Below, piece after piece: positions 1 through 11,486 of a stretch of DNA of 64,000 bases. Origin of the DNA: Octopus sinensis (lineage: Eukaryota); NCBI RefSeq assembly GCF_006345805.1, contig NC_042998.1, positions 127,348,001 through 127,412,000 on the forward strand. The letters run 5' to 3'. The first letter of the stretch is position 1; each line of letters begins with the position of its first letter. Both the position numbers and the translations under genes were made by a program. A model generated the notes under the pieces. That model was not told the origin of the DNA. It did no database searches and saw only the letters and a program-made list of their open reading frames with translations.

Positions 1-104
1 GAGTATAGATGACTAAATTTCATTCTGAATTGCATGTATAATTAAATTACTACTTTCATTGAACAATTGTGAAGAGTTATGCATTAAACGATATCGTCAT
101 CGAA

Positions 105-305
105 AGAGGGTTCAATCCGATAGATTGCAGTACGTTTGGTCATATTTTCAGGAACCTAGTCACTATATATATTTATTTTACCGACTCCCGAATGTGATGA
201 TAGGCAAGGTCAACCTTGCCGCAACATAAATTCAAAATGGGAAAACGGGCGAAATTCCGCTAAGCATCTTGCCCAGCGTCCAAACGATTCTATCAGCACG
301 CCGTC
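105..305 (-). mobile_element. tRNA-derived SINE, family B, degenerate copy
   Basis: Reverse complement resembles the copy at 49413-49620 (gacggcgtgctgatagaatcgtt...). Confidence 0.55.
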
Positions 306-528
306 TTAAACAACGTTATGATATTAAAATAGAAGTTAATATATGCGACAAAAAAGTAAATATGGCACGATAAATCAATAAGTAGTAATAAAAATCATAA
401 TAAATCATGAATCATTAAATTTGTAAAAATTATAGCCTAGTATGATAGATTCATGTATGTATATATACGCATATATGTATATATATATATATATATATAG
501 ATACACACAAATATTAGTTATATATATA

Positions 529-576
<48 letters not shown>

Positions 577-1059
577 TATAATATATATATATATATAATA
601 TATACACACGAATATTAATTGTACATGTGTGTGTGTGTGCGTGTGAGTACACACAAATATAATTATATATGTTTATACAAATATGCATATATATTTATAA
701 TATATATGTACGTGTACGTGTGTGACATACATATATCTACACACACATATGTCTGCATATATGTACATATGAAAGTCATATACATAAACACACCCACGTA
801 TAAACACTTAAAGGGACAGCTCCATATATCTTAAGAACGCAATGCGATGAAAATAAAAAAAGAAAATCACGAAATGTGCATAAGTGTATGTAAAGTGAAG
901 CATAGACACATGAACCGATATATTAATGAATACACACATATATTCAAATACAAACACTATGTCTGACAATTTTCTATGTAAGTGAAAATAAGACATAAAA
1001 ATTTTAAAATACTTTATATCTAAGAAAATAAATGTGAAGTTAAGGAAGGGGTATGTTTA

Positions 1060-1730
1060 ATTACAATCCAATATAATGAAATGGAAATTTGCAGACAGTT
1101 GGTTTTAATTCAGTAGAGTTTGAGAAAGCTATTTTCTGGTGTTAATTTAGTAATTTGGTATATATTTTCAGATCACTGTCTATTCCCATTGTTCACCAGT
1201 GTGATATTTTGTGGAATAAGACTTCACAGAATGAAGTTTAGGAATCCTCACATAAATATTAATCAGTGGACATACTCGATAGTCTAAGGGATACGTTGGG
1301 GAGGGACTGGTGGTGTTTGAATGCTTATTAATTGCGAATAACACTTCTTTGTGTTTGTATAATGAAGAATATAGATTACGAGCTAGATTAAATATACTGT
1401 TTCATAATTTAACCTTTTAGTATTCAGATTACTCTGTCAAATGTAATACTTATTCACATTATTTAAAACTAATCATGGATTATCATGTAGCTTTATTTTT
1501 AGAATCACGTTGCAGGGCAGTTGAGAGAGGTTGGGCTTGCCCAGTTTGAATATAAAACAAGTATGATATTTGGACCAGATATGGCTAGTTTGAATGTTAA
1601 GGGATTAAATATAGAGGGACTGGTTTCTAAGGTGGCAAGTAATCACTGATACTTAAAAGATGCTAAACTTTTTTATAAAGTCCTCTCGCTGGATTAGAGA
1701 TAACCTTCTCCTAAGAAACATGAGACAGTC
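1060..1730 (-). pseudogene. Heavily decayed PLE reverse-transcriptase N-terminal fragment (tentative)
   Basis: Manual minus-strand translation gives IYVRIPKLH, similar to the PLE YGLPKIHK motif, among many stops. Confidence 0.3.
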
Positions 1731-1808
1731 GTCTTTGCACCTAGCAAATTTTAAAAATGGAGATTTACTTTTAAGATTGCTTAGTAACAATAAGCTGATA
1801 AGGTGTCT

Positions 1809-1935
1809 CTTTTACTTGTTTCAGTCATTTGACTGCGGGCATGCTGGAGCACCGCCTTTAGTCGAGTAAATCAACCCCAGGACTTATTCTTTGTAAGCCT
1901 AGTACTTATTCTACTGTCTCTTTTGTCAAACCGCT
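1809..1935 (-). mobile_element. SINE family A, 3' fragment
   Basis: tttacttgtttcagtcatttgactgcgggcatgctggagcaccgcc, shared with the full copies at 6414, 46325 and 51532. Confidence 0.9.
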
Positions 1936-2559
1936 AGAGGTTCATCATTTATGAATGCCTGGTCAAAATTTCGAAACTTATGAAGCCAATATATGTGAAA
2001 ATGTAAATATCCGTGATGCCTATAGGTTTGTGTAATTATTTGATATTTTCAGTTAACTTTGCTTCCAAACTTGACATACATTTTTCTAGCTTTGCGTTAA
2101 ATCCCTTAAATAATAAGGAATCATGTTTAAAAAGACCATGAATTTTAATATGAACCTCACATCAACTATTCTTGTCTCAGAATTTGTCCTCCAATGTCGT
2201 AAATTGTTTGGTATATTCCCGGTTGTTACCCATTTACAAAAGCTGTACTATTCCATTCACCGGAGAGGCCAAATTCATCTTTCGTCACGTTTAGATCGAT
2301 ATCACAAAGTACCAATCAAGTTCTAGGGGTCGGGGTAATCAATTTTTTTCTCCCCTCAGAAATGCGTTGGTTTTGCATTCTTCAACCCACCCACCACCCC
2401 CGTATAAGGGGAATGTCGAGATTCCTGTGACTTACACACCATGGAAACTGCCTTATGAGATCTACGGTTCAAATATATATGTATGAAGATTTCAGGCTGA
2501 AAGGTTCCGTTTTCAAGGTCTTGCGAAAGGCCTTGCTGGAGGCTTAAGCTTCCGAATAC

Positions 2560-2703
2560 GTCTACAGGGCTTAGAAAAATTGTAGGAACGCTGCAAAAAG
2601 TGTGTGAAGTTGAGAGGAGAATATGTTGAATAAAGTCGTAATTAACTGATCCGCCTGTATTTTCTTTTACCCAAAACCAAGGAATTTTCAGCACCCTCTC
2701 GTA
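2560..2703 (+). mobile_element. Mariner (Tc1/mariner) 3' end relic
   Basis: Translates GLEKL*ERCKKCVKLRGEYVE* (mariner C-terminus) followed by TIR-like ttttcagcaccctctcgTA; related TIR at 41052. Confidence 0.75.
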
Positions 2704-2869
2704 CGCGTGTGTGTATACACACGCGCGCACATGCACACGCAAAACACACACATACAAACATACATACATATGTATGTGTGTGTGTGCGTGTAAATAAATG
2801 TATCAATATGTTTGTTAATATGTATGCATCTAGCATGTTATAAATATATGTGTGTGTGTGTATGTTTGT

Positions 2870-3075
2870 GCATCTATGTGTGTCTCCCCACCATCACTTG
2901 ACAACCGATGTTGGTGTGTTTACGCTCCCGTAATTAGTATCTCAGCAAAAGAGACCGATAGAATAAGTACTGGGCTTATAAAAAACAACTCCTGGTCATT
3001 CGATTAAAGGCATTGCTCCAGTATGGCCGCCGTCAAACGACTGAAACAAGTAAAAGAGTAAAAGAATAAAAGAAT
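2870..3075 (+). mobile_element. SINE family A, 3' half
   Basis: ...cttgacaaccgatgttggtgtg...gactgaaacaagtaaaagagtaaaag tail. Confidence 0.9.
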
Positions 3076-3100
3076 ATATAACACAAACATTATTTTCACA

Positions 3101-4063
3101 ATGGAATACAGCCCTCAACAAATTCCCTTCCTCGACATCCTCATTAAAATTCACAACAAAAAAATAGAAATAGACATATACTACAAGCCCAGAGACTCCA
3201 AGCAATACCTCCCTTTCAATTCATGCCACCCTAGACACGTTAAAATTACCATTCCCTACAACTTAGCCAAGAGAATTTGCACTATAGTCTCCAATAAAAA
3301 CACCCGTCTCTTACGTCTACAAGAACTCAAGGGCACATTAACAAGCAGGGATTACCCCACGTCACTAATTGACAATGGGATCCAACGCGCCCTAAAACTC
3401 AGCACGCAGGAACTTAGACGCCCTAAACCTGTTACATCGAAACCCCATACTCTACCATACATCTCTACACACAACCCCCTCAACAATGAAGCTTTTGACA
3501 CCATCCTCCAGAACATTCCTGTATTACAAAAGGACCATAGAATGAACCAAATCCTCCTAACACACGAAATCATAAAGAGCAAAAGGCAACCCAAATCATT
3601 GAAAACCATCCTAACAAATGCCAAAGTACTGCCAACCACAACAACTAAACCCACAGTAAACAAATGCAATAGACCCAACTGTGGTATATGCATCAACCTA
3701 ATAGAAGGTCCGGAATTCCTTTTTAAACAAGGACAACGTTTCACAGTAAAACACAACTTCACATGCGCATCAGAAAACCTAGTATATGTCTTAACTTGCT
3801 CGGGCTGTAATGAAAACTACATAGGCCAAACAAAAAATAGCCTCCGCCAACGCATGACTGTCCACAGATCCCAAATAAAAATACAGGAATATAGAAAAAT
3901 AGCATTTAGTGCACATATTGATACCTGTGCCGCACAACTCCATCCCAATTTTAGAATCTTTCCCCTCTACAAATTTAAAGACAATGCCACTCATACCCAG
4001 CGAATAACCATGGAATCCCACCTTATTAATAAATACAGACCACTTCTAAACACATGCCCCTAA
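3101..4063 (+). CDS. Penelope-like element ORF, 5'-truncated: RT C-terminus plus GIY-YIG endonuclease (Neptune-like Cys linker)
   Basis: IPFLDILI..IYYKP..QYLPFNSCHP (PLE RT end); CNRPNCGIC linker; LVYVLTC..C..NYIGQT; ends LLN. Confidence 0.92.
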   Translation: MEYSPQQIPFLDILIKIHNKKIEIDIYYKPRDSKQYLPFNSCHPRHVKITIPYNLAKRICTIVSNKNTRLLRLQELKGTLTSRDYPTSLIDNGIQRALKLSTQELRRPKPVTSKPHTLPYISTHNPLNNEAFDTILQNIPVLQKDHRMNQILLTHEIIKSKRQPKSLKTILTNAKVLPTTTTKPTVNKCNRPNCGICINLIEGPEFLFKQGQRFTVKHNFTCASENLVYVLTCSGCNENYIGQTKNSLRQRMTVHRSQIKIQEYRKIAFSAHIDTCAAQLHPNFRIFPLYKFKDNATHTQRITMESHLINKYRPLLNTCP

Positions 4064-4479
4064 CACGAACCCACAACAAACACACTTACACCTGCACACA
4101 CCCTACACACACCTTTACCCAGATATTAACACCATGACACACACAAATATATGGTTCCACACATACACATAATTGAATACGGGTGCAAAACATCCAACAC
4201 TATTTTTTGGAAATGGCTGTAAATATTGACTTCACACAAATACGTTGCTTCCCGATACAGGCACAAGGCCAGCAGAACTATAAATATTGAAAATTGTACC
4301 CACACATACACACATATATACACGCGCGCGCGCCCCAACATACATATAAACACACACACGCGCGCGCGCGCGCACACACATACATACATACAGCTCTCCC
4401 TGTTCTAAACGAACTTACTTATCCAGTCAAGCGGAAAATACACTCCCTAACTACGCGCTAAAAAGCTATTTAAAATATC

Positions 4480-4755
4480 CACATGACGTCTACTGACCAG
4501 CCTGAACAATAAGAATTTTCAACAACACTATTTTCGAAAATTCTAAACATTCACGTGACCTCTTTATTATGGCCAATAAGAAATTTTAGGCGGGACACTA
4601 GCCAAATTTTAACTTCTCTGGAGCCTTTTTTCTTACCCCAACACCAACTTCCATTCAAACATTCACGTGACCCCTTCATAATGACCAATCAAAATTTTAG
4701 GCGCGAAACCAAGCAAATCCAAAACAACTGTGGAGCCTCTTTTTTTCACATATAA
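4480..4755 (+). promoter_or_regulatory. Three-copy E-box/CCAAT/E2F-like module plus TATA in the PLE 3' region
   Basis: CACATGAC 4480, CACGTGAC 4552 and 4664; CCAAT 4573 and 4685; GGCGGGA 4589, GCGCGAAA 4701; TATAA 4751. Confidence 0.45.
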
Positions 4756-4880
4756 GAGACAGACTCTAATCTCTCTTTTATATTTTGATAAGCATAACAA
4801 ATGCGCAACCGGTAAAAAGAACTTTCACCTAATTAAATTACTTAAATTACTTCAATTATTTGTCAGCATTTTCTTCATTT

Positions 4881-4924
<44 letters not shown>

Positions 4925-6413
4925 CAACCATAATTTTACAAATTTAAGGAATTATCATCGTTATTTCTTTAATAAATTTTGCTTTAGTATGTCGTTTTAG
5001 CTGGGGTCTTTTTATTATATACTGTTCTTTACAATTTGTTTTGTACACAGAAATCTATATAAACATCATGCATATATAGTAATGAATTGTTTGACTTTAT
5101 ATTAGACTCACTTATGTATCTTAAGTTTTCAAAAACCTTTTTCACTCCTATTTTTGCCTAATTTTCTTTATGTTGTGTTCTTCAATTACCGTATTTACAT
5201 ATAAATCTTTTGTACAAAATTATCCCAATCTGACTTTCCCACATCTTTCCCTATTTGTTCCCTCTCCACCGACAACATGACTTTTGCAATTTTGAATTTA
5301 ATGCAATACTTTTCATTAATTCAGATTTAACTGAGTTAGGATCTTTGAAGTTCTGTAAATTGGAATTCCAATTTACTTACCATTCGCCTAATTATATCTT
5401 TCTACGCCTATTTATACTTCCGTTTAACTATTCTGAACTGGCTTCCTTCACTCTTTGAAGCCTCCAAAATTCAGTTTATACAAACATATTTTTCGGAATA
5501 CATTATGATATTGACTGAATATTTATCATTATTTTGAATAGTATAATGTTCTGCATTGATCCAAGCTCAATATTGTTACTAATTGGTCAGTGATTGTACA
5601 ATTTGATCGTGAAATGTAACGACAGTGTCTTTGTCGAATTTAATAAACAGTATAACGATCTTTTAAAGTTTCTTACGAATACTGCAATAATACTTCATCT
5701 TAACTTCTTTCTTTTTTTTTATATCATTCATGTTTTCAGTTTTTTTTTCTTTTCCTTTCTTTGTCGACTTCTCTTTTTGTATTTGTAGACGATCCTTTCT
5801 GCTATATATTCAAAAACATACATATATATTGTATATAAACACATATGTGCGCGTGTGTATAAGTGTGTATGCATTAAAGTAAATACGTTTTTGCTTGTGC
5901 TTTGCTGTTTCAATAACGTGTACTACTTGTAAACAACATCACCTTTACCAAAAAATGGTGTCTTTTATTTGCAATCCTCCGTGAAAAGGAAGATTGCAAA
6001 TAAAAATCAGTTAGTAGATTTGAGTTTCATTAATGGGTACATTAGCGAGTGTATATATATATATAATCGCATGCATCTATGTATGTATGCATGTGTGTAT
6101 GAGATATCTACATGCACAGCTTTGACTGTACAAGTTCGCCCAATTACCAGGCAATCAGGCTTTCGACTTTATGAAATAGATTGCAACAAATTCACCTACC
6201 AAAGTAACAGATATAAACAGCTTTTTCCCGGGATAAGCTTAGCAGTTTAGTTTTCTCTCAATCTCATAATAACCGCGGATAAGTTAGCTGCTACATACTC
6301 ATGAAAATTTGCGATACGCCAGTGAGTGCCTACTATGGTCTCGCTCGCTCATCAAAGTTACGCTATAACCTACACCAACTCCAGACTATTTCTTTCTTTC
6401 TTTTCTTTTCTTT

Positions 6414-6820
6414 CTTTTACTTGTTTCAGTCATTTTGACTGCGGCCATGCTGGAGCACCGCCTTTAGTCGAGCAACTCGACCCCGGGACTTATTCTTTGT
6501 AAGCCCAGTACTTAATCTATCGGTCTCTTTTGCCGAACCGCTAAGTTACGGGGACGTAAACACACCAGCATCGGTTGTCAAGCAATGCTAGGGGGACAAA
6601 CACAGCAGACACACAAACACACACATACATACATACATATATATATATACATATATACGACAAGCTTCTTTCAGTTTCCGTCTACCAAATCCACTCACAA
6701 GGCATTGGTCGGCCCGGGGCTATAGTAGAAGACACTTGCCCAAGATGCCACGCAGTGGGACTGAACCCGGGACCATGTGGTTGGTTAGCAAGCTACTTAC
6801 CACACAGCCACTCCTACGCC
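6414..6820 (-). mobile_element. SINE family A, full length
   Basis: tRNA-like head with A-box (TGGCTGTGTGG) and B-box (GGTTCAGTCCC), internal microsatellite, gaaacaagtaaaag tail. Confidence 0.93.
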
Positions 6821-6935
6821 TATGAGTAGCATTTCATTTTATCTAAAGTGGGTATATTTATATATGCATGTATATATACATGTAGATGTAGGTACGTACA
6901 TATATGTATGTATGCATATATTTTATTTATTACAC

Positions 6936-7661
6936 TATTGTATGACTGAGCGCCTTCGCGTCGATTCGATTCGATTCGTTCGTTTCGTTTCTTCTTCTTT
7001 TCCCAGTACGGTTTCTATATATAATTATGACGCGAAACCCTATACCTCTTTGCTTAACCTTCCCTTCTCTCCCTTTCTCTCTCTCTCACTCCTCCTCATC
7101 TCTCTCACAGCCGGTTGTCTTCCTCTATCTCTCTCTCTCTCTCTCACTCCTCCTCATCTCTCTCACAGCCGGCCAAATACTTCCTTTTGCATGCGGCCTT
7201 CTAACTGTAAACACACAGTTTTCTTGCGCTCCTTAAACTCTCCTCGTCTAGGCAAAAAAGGCCCTCCTTGGTTGTTTTCTTGTGTGTTTTTATTTCTTGT
7301 ATTGTATGTTTTTGTAATTGTAATTTTATTTTGTATTTTAATTTGTATTTTATTTTTTAATTTTATTTGTATCGTTTTCACGTCCTGTTTGTGTCACATT
7401 TTGTTCTTTCCTTGTTTTTACCCCTCTGCGAAGTAATTTCCTTTAATTTCTTCGCAGGAAGGGCTAGTTCGACGAGTCGTGTTCTGTCCTCACCTTCGAA
7501 ACACGCTGGAGTTGAACTAGGGATAGCTGATGAAGGGGATTTTTCCTTGTGTAGTTTGTCTAGTACTCTGTTTTTTCTTTGTAAAAAAGGTTCGTTCCAT
7601 GCTTGTTTTTACGTTTTCGTTCTCGTTGAGTTCTGCGTCCATTTGTGGTGTCCTGTACTCA
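6936..7661 (+). mobile_element. Non-coding repeat (family H) carrying a permuted hammerhead
   Basis: 5' motif tattgtatgactgagcgcc resembles 17031, 58585 and 62661; 3' GTCCTGTACTCA is shared with 59185-59196; flanked by 87-bp direct repeats. Confidence 0.6.
7464..7538 (+). ncRNA. Non-circularly permuted (swapped-order) hammerhead ribozyme candidate
   Basis: CGTG-UU|CUGUCC ... CCUUC-GAAA-CACG ... GGAUAG-CUGAUGA-AGGGG; all core nucleotides present; extended stem III. Confidence 0.75.
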
Positions 7662-7750
7662 CGTATATATATTTATATATGCATGTATATATACATGTAG
7701 ATGTAGGTACGTACATATATGTATGTATGCATATATTTTATTTATTACAC

Positions 7751-7809
<59 letters not shown>

Positions 7810-9617
7810 AATATGAAAGTGTATTGTAATCTCCGTACACGTTTGTGATACATCTAGTACAGTTTGTTGTACTGTCTCACATTAATTAGTATGTTATATT
7901 TTTGAAATTCCAGTTGTTGGTATAGATGTTTCTATTTTTTCGATATAGGAGAAAAAATTTTAACAATACAAAGAAAATGGGGAATGCATACACAGAATAA
8001 TCAATTTATTCAATATAATAGTCAATTCATGTTGTCTTCGCACGTTTCGGTTTAATTACTTAAATCCACATTTATTCAATTAAATTGCAATTTGAATTTA
8101 CCAAAGAAAAATCCTTCGTCAGGGTAAAAATTGATTGTTGTCAAGGTAGAAATTGACTCTTGTTATTTTTACACACATCCTAACGATGGACAGTTCATTT
8201 CAATTGAATTATAGCCTATGTGTCTTGGATTCTGTTCTAAACATAGCTAGAAGTTGATTTCGACCTCACTGGGCAAGGGAGAGGCATAGTGCAGAAGAAC
8301 TAGATGATGTTACTATTCACTCCTTTTAGTGACGCAAACCAACATTTTACAAGCTGGTCATTTAACTTTTATCTCTATTCAGTATGTCTGCAGACACGTT
8401 CCTTATTAACTATATAGGTTTATACCATTTGTACGGTCTAACATGTTCACAATATATATTTTTACAATACATATTTATATGTTCTTATTTATTGGTAAAA
8501 ATATAAATTTAGGTATGCACTTTTACTTACTTATTTTTTGTTTATTCTTATTGTAAGAAGTTATATTAGTTGTTATTAATATAGATTATTTATTTAGATA
8601 TATTAGTTGATAATTTGGGTTCTTTCTTATATTTGTCTATTTAATTAATAATACAGAAATCTAAGTTTTATTTATCATAGAAACACTGTTAATTTTTACC
8701 TAAAATTATTTAAATACAAAGAAAGCATATTTAACTTTAGAAACTTAGGCATAATAGTATTATTCATACAACTTAATCTAAAAAAGATTAAATTTACATA
8801 AATTCTATAATTATATATTTTTTTAGCTTTATGAATTGACAAAAATTCTCCTGCCTCTTTTATTATTAGCATAATTTATTTAGATATATTAGCTGATAGT
8901 TTGGGTTCCTACATTATTCGTAATTTAATGAATAATGTATTAGCACGACTTTTTGATAGCATATACATGGTGTTTTATTTTTAACTAGAACTATTTAAAT
9001 TCTACAAAAGTGTATTTAACTTTAAGAATTATTCTTATGTATAATTGTATTAATCACATTGTTTCTATTTAATTATATCCATTTCAATTTTTTCAATTTA
9101 TTAAATGCATATTTAACCCGATGCACACAACACAAGCGTCTTTCTCACTTGTTTAATAATTTATGTTTTGATGTAAGAATTTGATTTCCATTTCCTCCGA
9201 GTCTCTTGCACACGGAATTAATCTTACGCAGAAATCTACTCTGCCTTTCATCCTTTCGGGATCGATGAAATGAATAATAGATCAGTGAAATGTCGGACGA
9301 GCTACCACCTCGCAGTAGCTATTCCGGTCTTTGTTTTATTGCTTTAACACTGCTCGGGATTTTTGCATTGCATCATGTCTTGGCTTTCCTCTAGATGTCA
9401 TCTGGGACGTCGAAAGGGGAGACATATGCATGGGCATAATTTCTCCGCTACAACTGCACAGAGGAATATTCCTGGTGCAGAATCATCTAGTCTGTTATGA
9501 TTGATGGGATCCCCATATATGGTTGTGTATGCATGTATGTACAGATGTAGGTAGATATGTTTATGTACGCATGTACGTATATATATGTATATATATTTTG
9601 GTTAAGTCAGCAAGTAC

Positions 9618-9653
<36 letters not shown>

Positions 9654-9657
<4 letters not shown>

Positions 9658-10108
9658 AGCAAAACGCCGCCGTCCGGCGGACGGTGCTAAGTTGTCAAAC
9701 ATTTAAACCAAATTTTCTCAAAACAATGGTTTAAACAGTAAGCTCGGCAGGAAAGAAACGTGTCTTTAAGCAGTACAAAAACAATAAAAAATGGAAGTTG
9801 CTGTTATGTACATGTTGACGGAAGAAAAGAAGAACAAAAGCGATGCATTCAAATGGCTTACCTGGAAGTAAATCTAGATGGGAAATCGATCGCAACAGTT
9901 GATGTACTTGCGCGTACAAATTCACGTTCCCACGGCTTTATCGATCGAATTCTCAGCTGGAATCGATTTTTGTAATTTTGTTCAAGACTTATACACGCTC
10001 TGATACCGTCGGTATCTACATATGAAATTTGAGCGCAATCGGATGGAAGATGCTCGAGATCCTAGAAGACACACACACAGACAGACAAAACGGATTTTAT
10101 ATACTAGA
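9654..10108 (-). mobile_element. Non-autonomous Helitron-like element
   Basis: Minus strand starts A|TCTAGTATATAAAA, has a (tgtc)/(tg) microsatellite and ends with a GC-rich hairpin (ccgtcc/ggacgg, 9669-9683) near the terminus. Confidence 0.6.
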
Positions 10109-11342
10109 TATGCACACTCATACATACATACATACATACATACATACATACATACATACATACATACATACATACATACATACATACATGCATAAGTACA
10201 GGTACATATATACATGTACTTATGTATGTACATATGTATTTATGTATGCATACATGTATGTGTTAATATATACGTACACACACACACACATATTTATATA
10301 CGTATATATATATAGAGAGAGATATAGATATATATATACATATATATAAAGAGGAGTTCAATTAGCGGTCATAAAAACCGCCTAAGGGATATTTTTATCC
10401 AATGAATTACTGGTGTATTACCTATATTTGATTACGTGTATTAATATTAATGCTCATAAATGATAGGTAGGGAATTAAATAAAACGAGTTTATCTATATT
10501 TAAGGAAAAATAAGAAAATGGAGATAAATTGATAATTGATAAACATCAATTATTATTCATTGATTATAAAAAGACAATATCTCATCTTACAGCTGTTTCT
10601 GTTCGCGCTATTTTGGGTTTAATCAGTTTGGGTTTAATTATTGTAAATAATTATACTAATTTAAACAGTGGAAATTCAATAGAGCAGAGAAATATTGAAA
10701 AAGAAAAAAGAAAGGAAGATAAAAATAGAAAATAAGGATATACCAATTGAGGTTACATGCTTATCTTCAGAAAACCTTCCAACCGACTGAAAAATTTAGC
10801 TATACAGTTAGAATAGTTATAATACTTAGTGGTACATGTCTATCTACGGGGAGGGGAAGGCATCTGCCGGCGTAAGTATTTTGGTTAAGTCAGCAAGTAA
10901 AAAGTAAAAATATAAATAGCGGGAGTTACAGAACTTAAATAATAACAGTTAACTATAGTTTATTTAGATTAAATGAGGGGGCCTTTCATAACCGTAAAAG
11001 TAGATTAATTAAACAGGGAAGCAGAATATTTTTTATTTTGCGCGAGTGATAATAGGAGCAGGTAAAGCTTATTATACAATTCTACAAACCATAAGCATAA
11101 TAAAGTGGGTGTAATTAACTGGCCGAGTCATCTACATAACATAAATCAAGATTATTAACGAAAATAGCAATACTTTTATTTATACTTACTTTATATTCTG
11201 GGTGGAAAGCATGTTGAACTCCCTAATTCTGAAATAGGAAGAATCTGGTCAATTAAGAGGAAAATATTGGTCAGTTAATTTCAAAAACAAAAGGATGGTC
11301 ATTTTAAGTAAAAAACCGTTAATCGATGCAGTGGAAATAGCT

Positions 11343-11486
11343 AAATAAGGAGTATTTGTTGTAAGAGATAATAAGGTCGCTTATATCAATAAATAAGGAG
11401 TATTTGTTGTAAGTGGTAATAAGGTAGCTTATATCAATAAATAAGAAGTATTTGTTGTAAGGGGTAATTAGGTCACTTATGTAAAT
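11343..11486. repeat. 48-bp minisatellite, 3 copies
   Basis: Unit aaataaggagtatttgttgtaagNgNtaatNaggtNNcttatNtNaat at 11343, 11391, 11439. Confidence 0.9.

Noticed and set aside
10583-10770. Minus-strand GAAACAGCTGTA as a full hammerhead
   Set aside because: No CUGANGA strand with pairable stems I and II; at most a half-relic.
9597-10900. 21-bp direct repeat ttttggttaagtcagcaagta at about 9597 and 10879 as a TSD
   Set aside because: The enclosed DNA is a mixture of elements, so no single insertion can be assigned.
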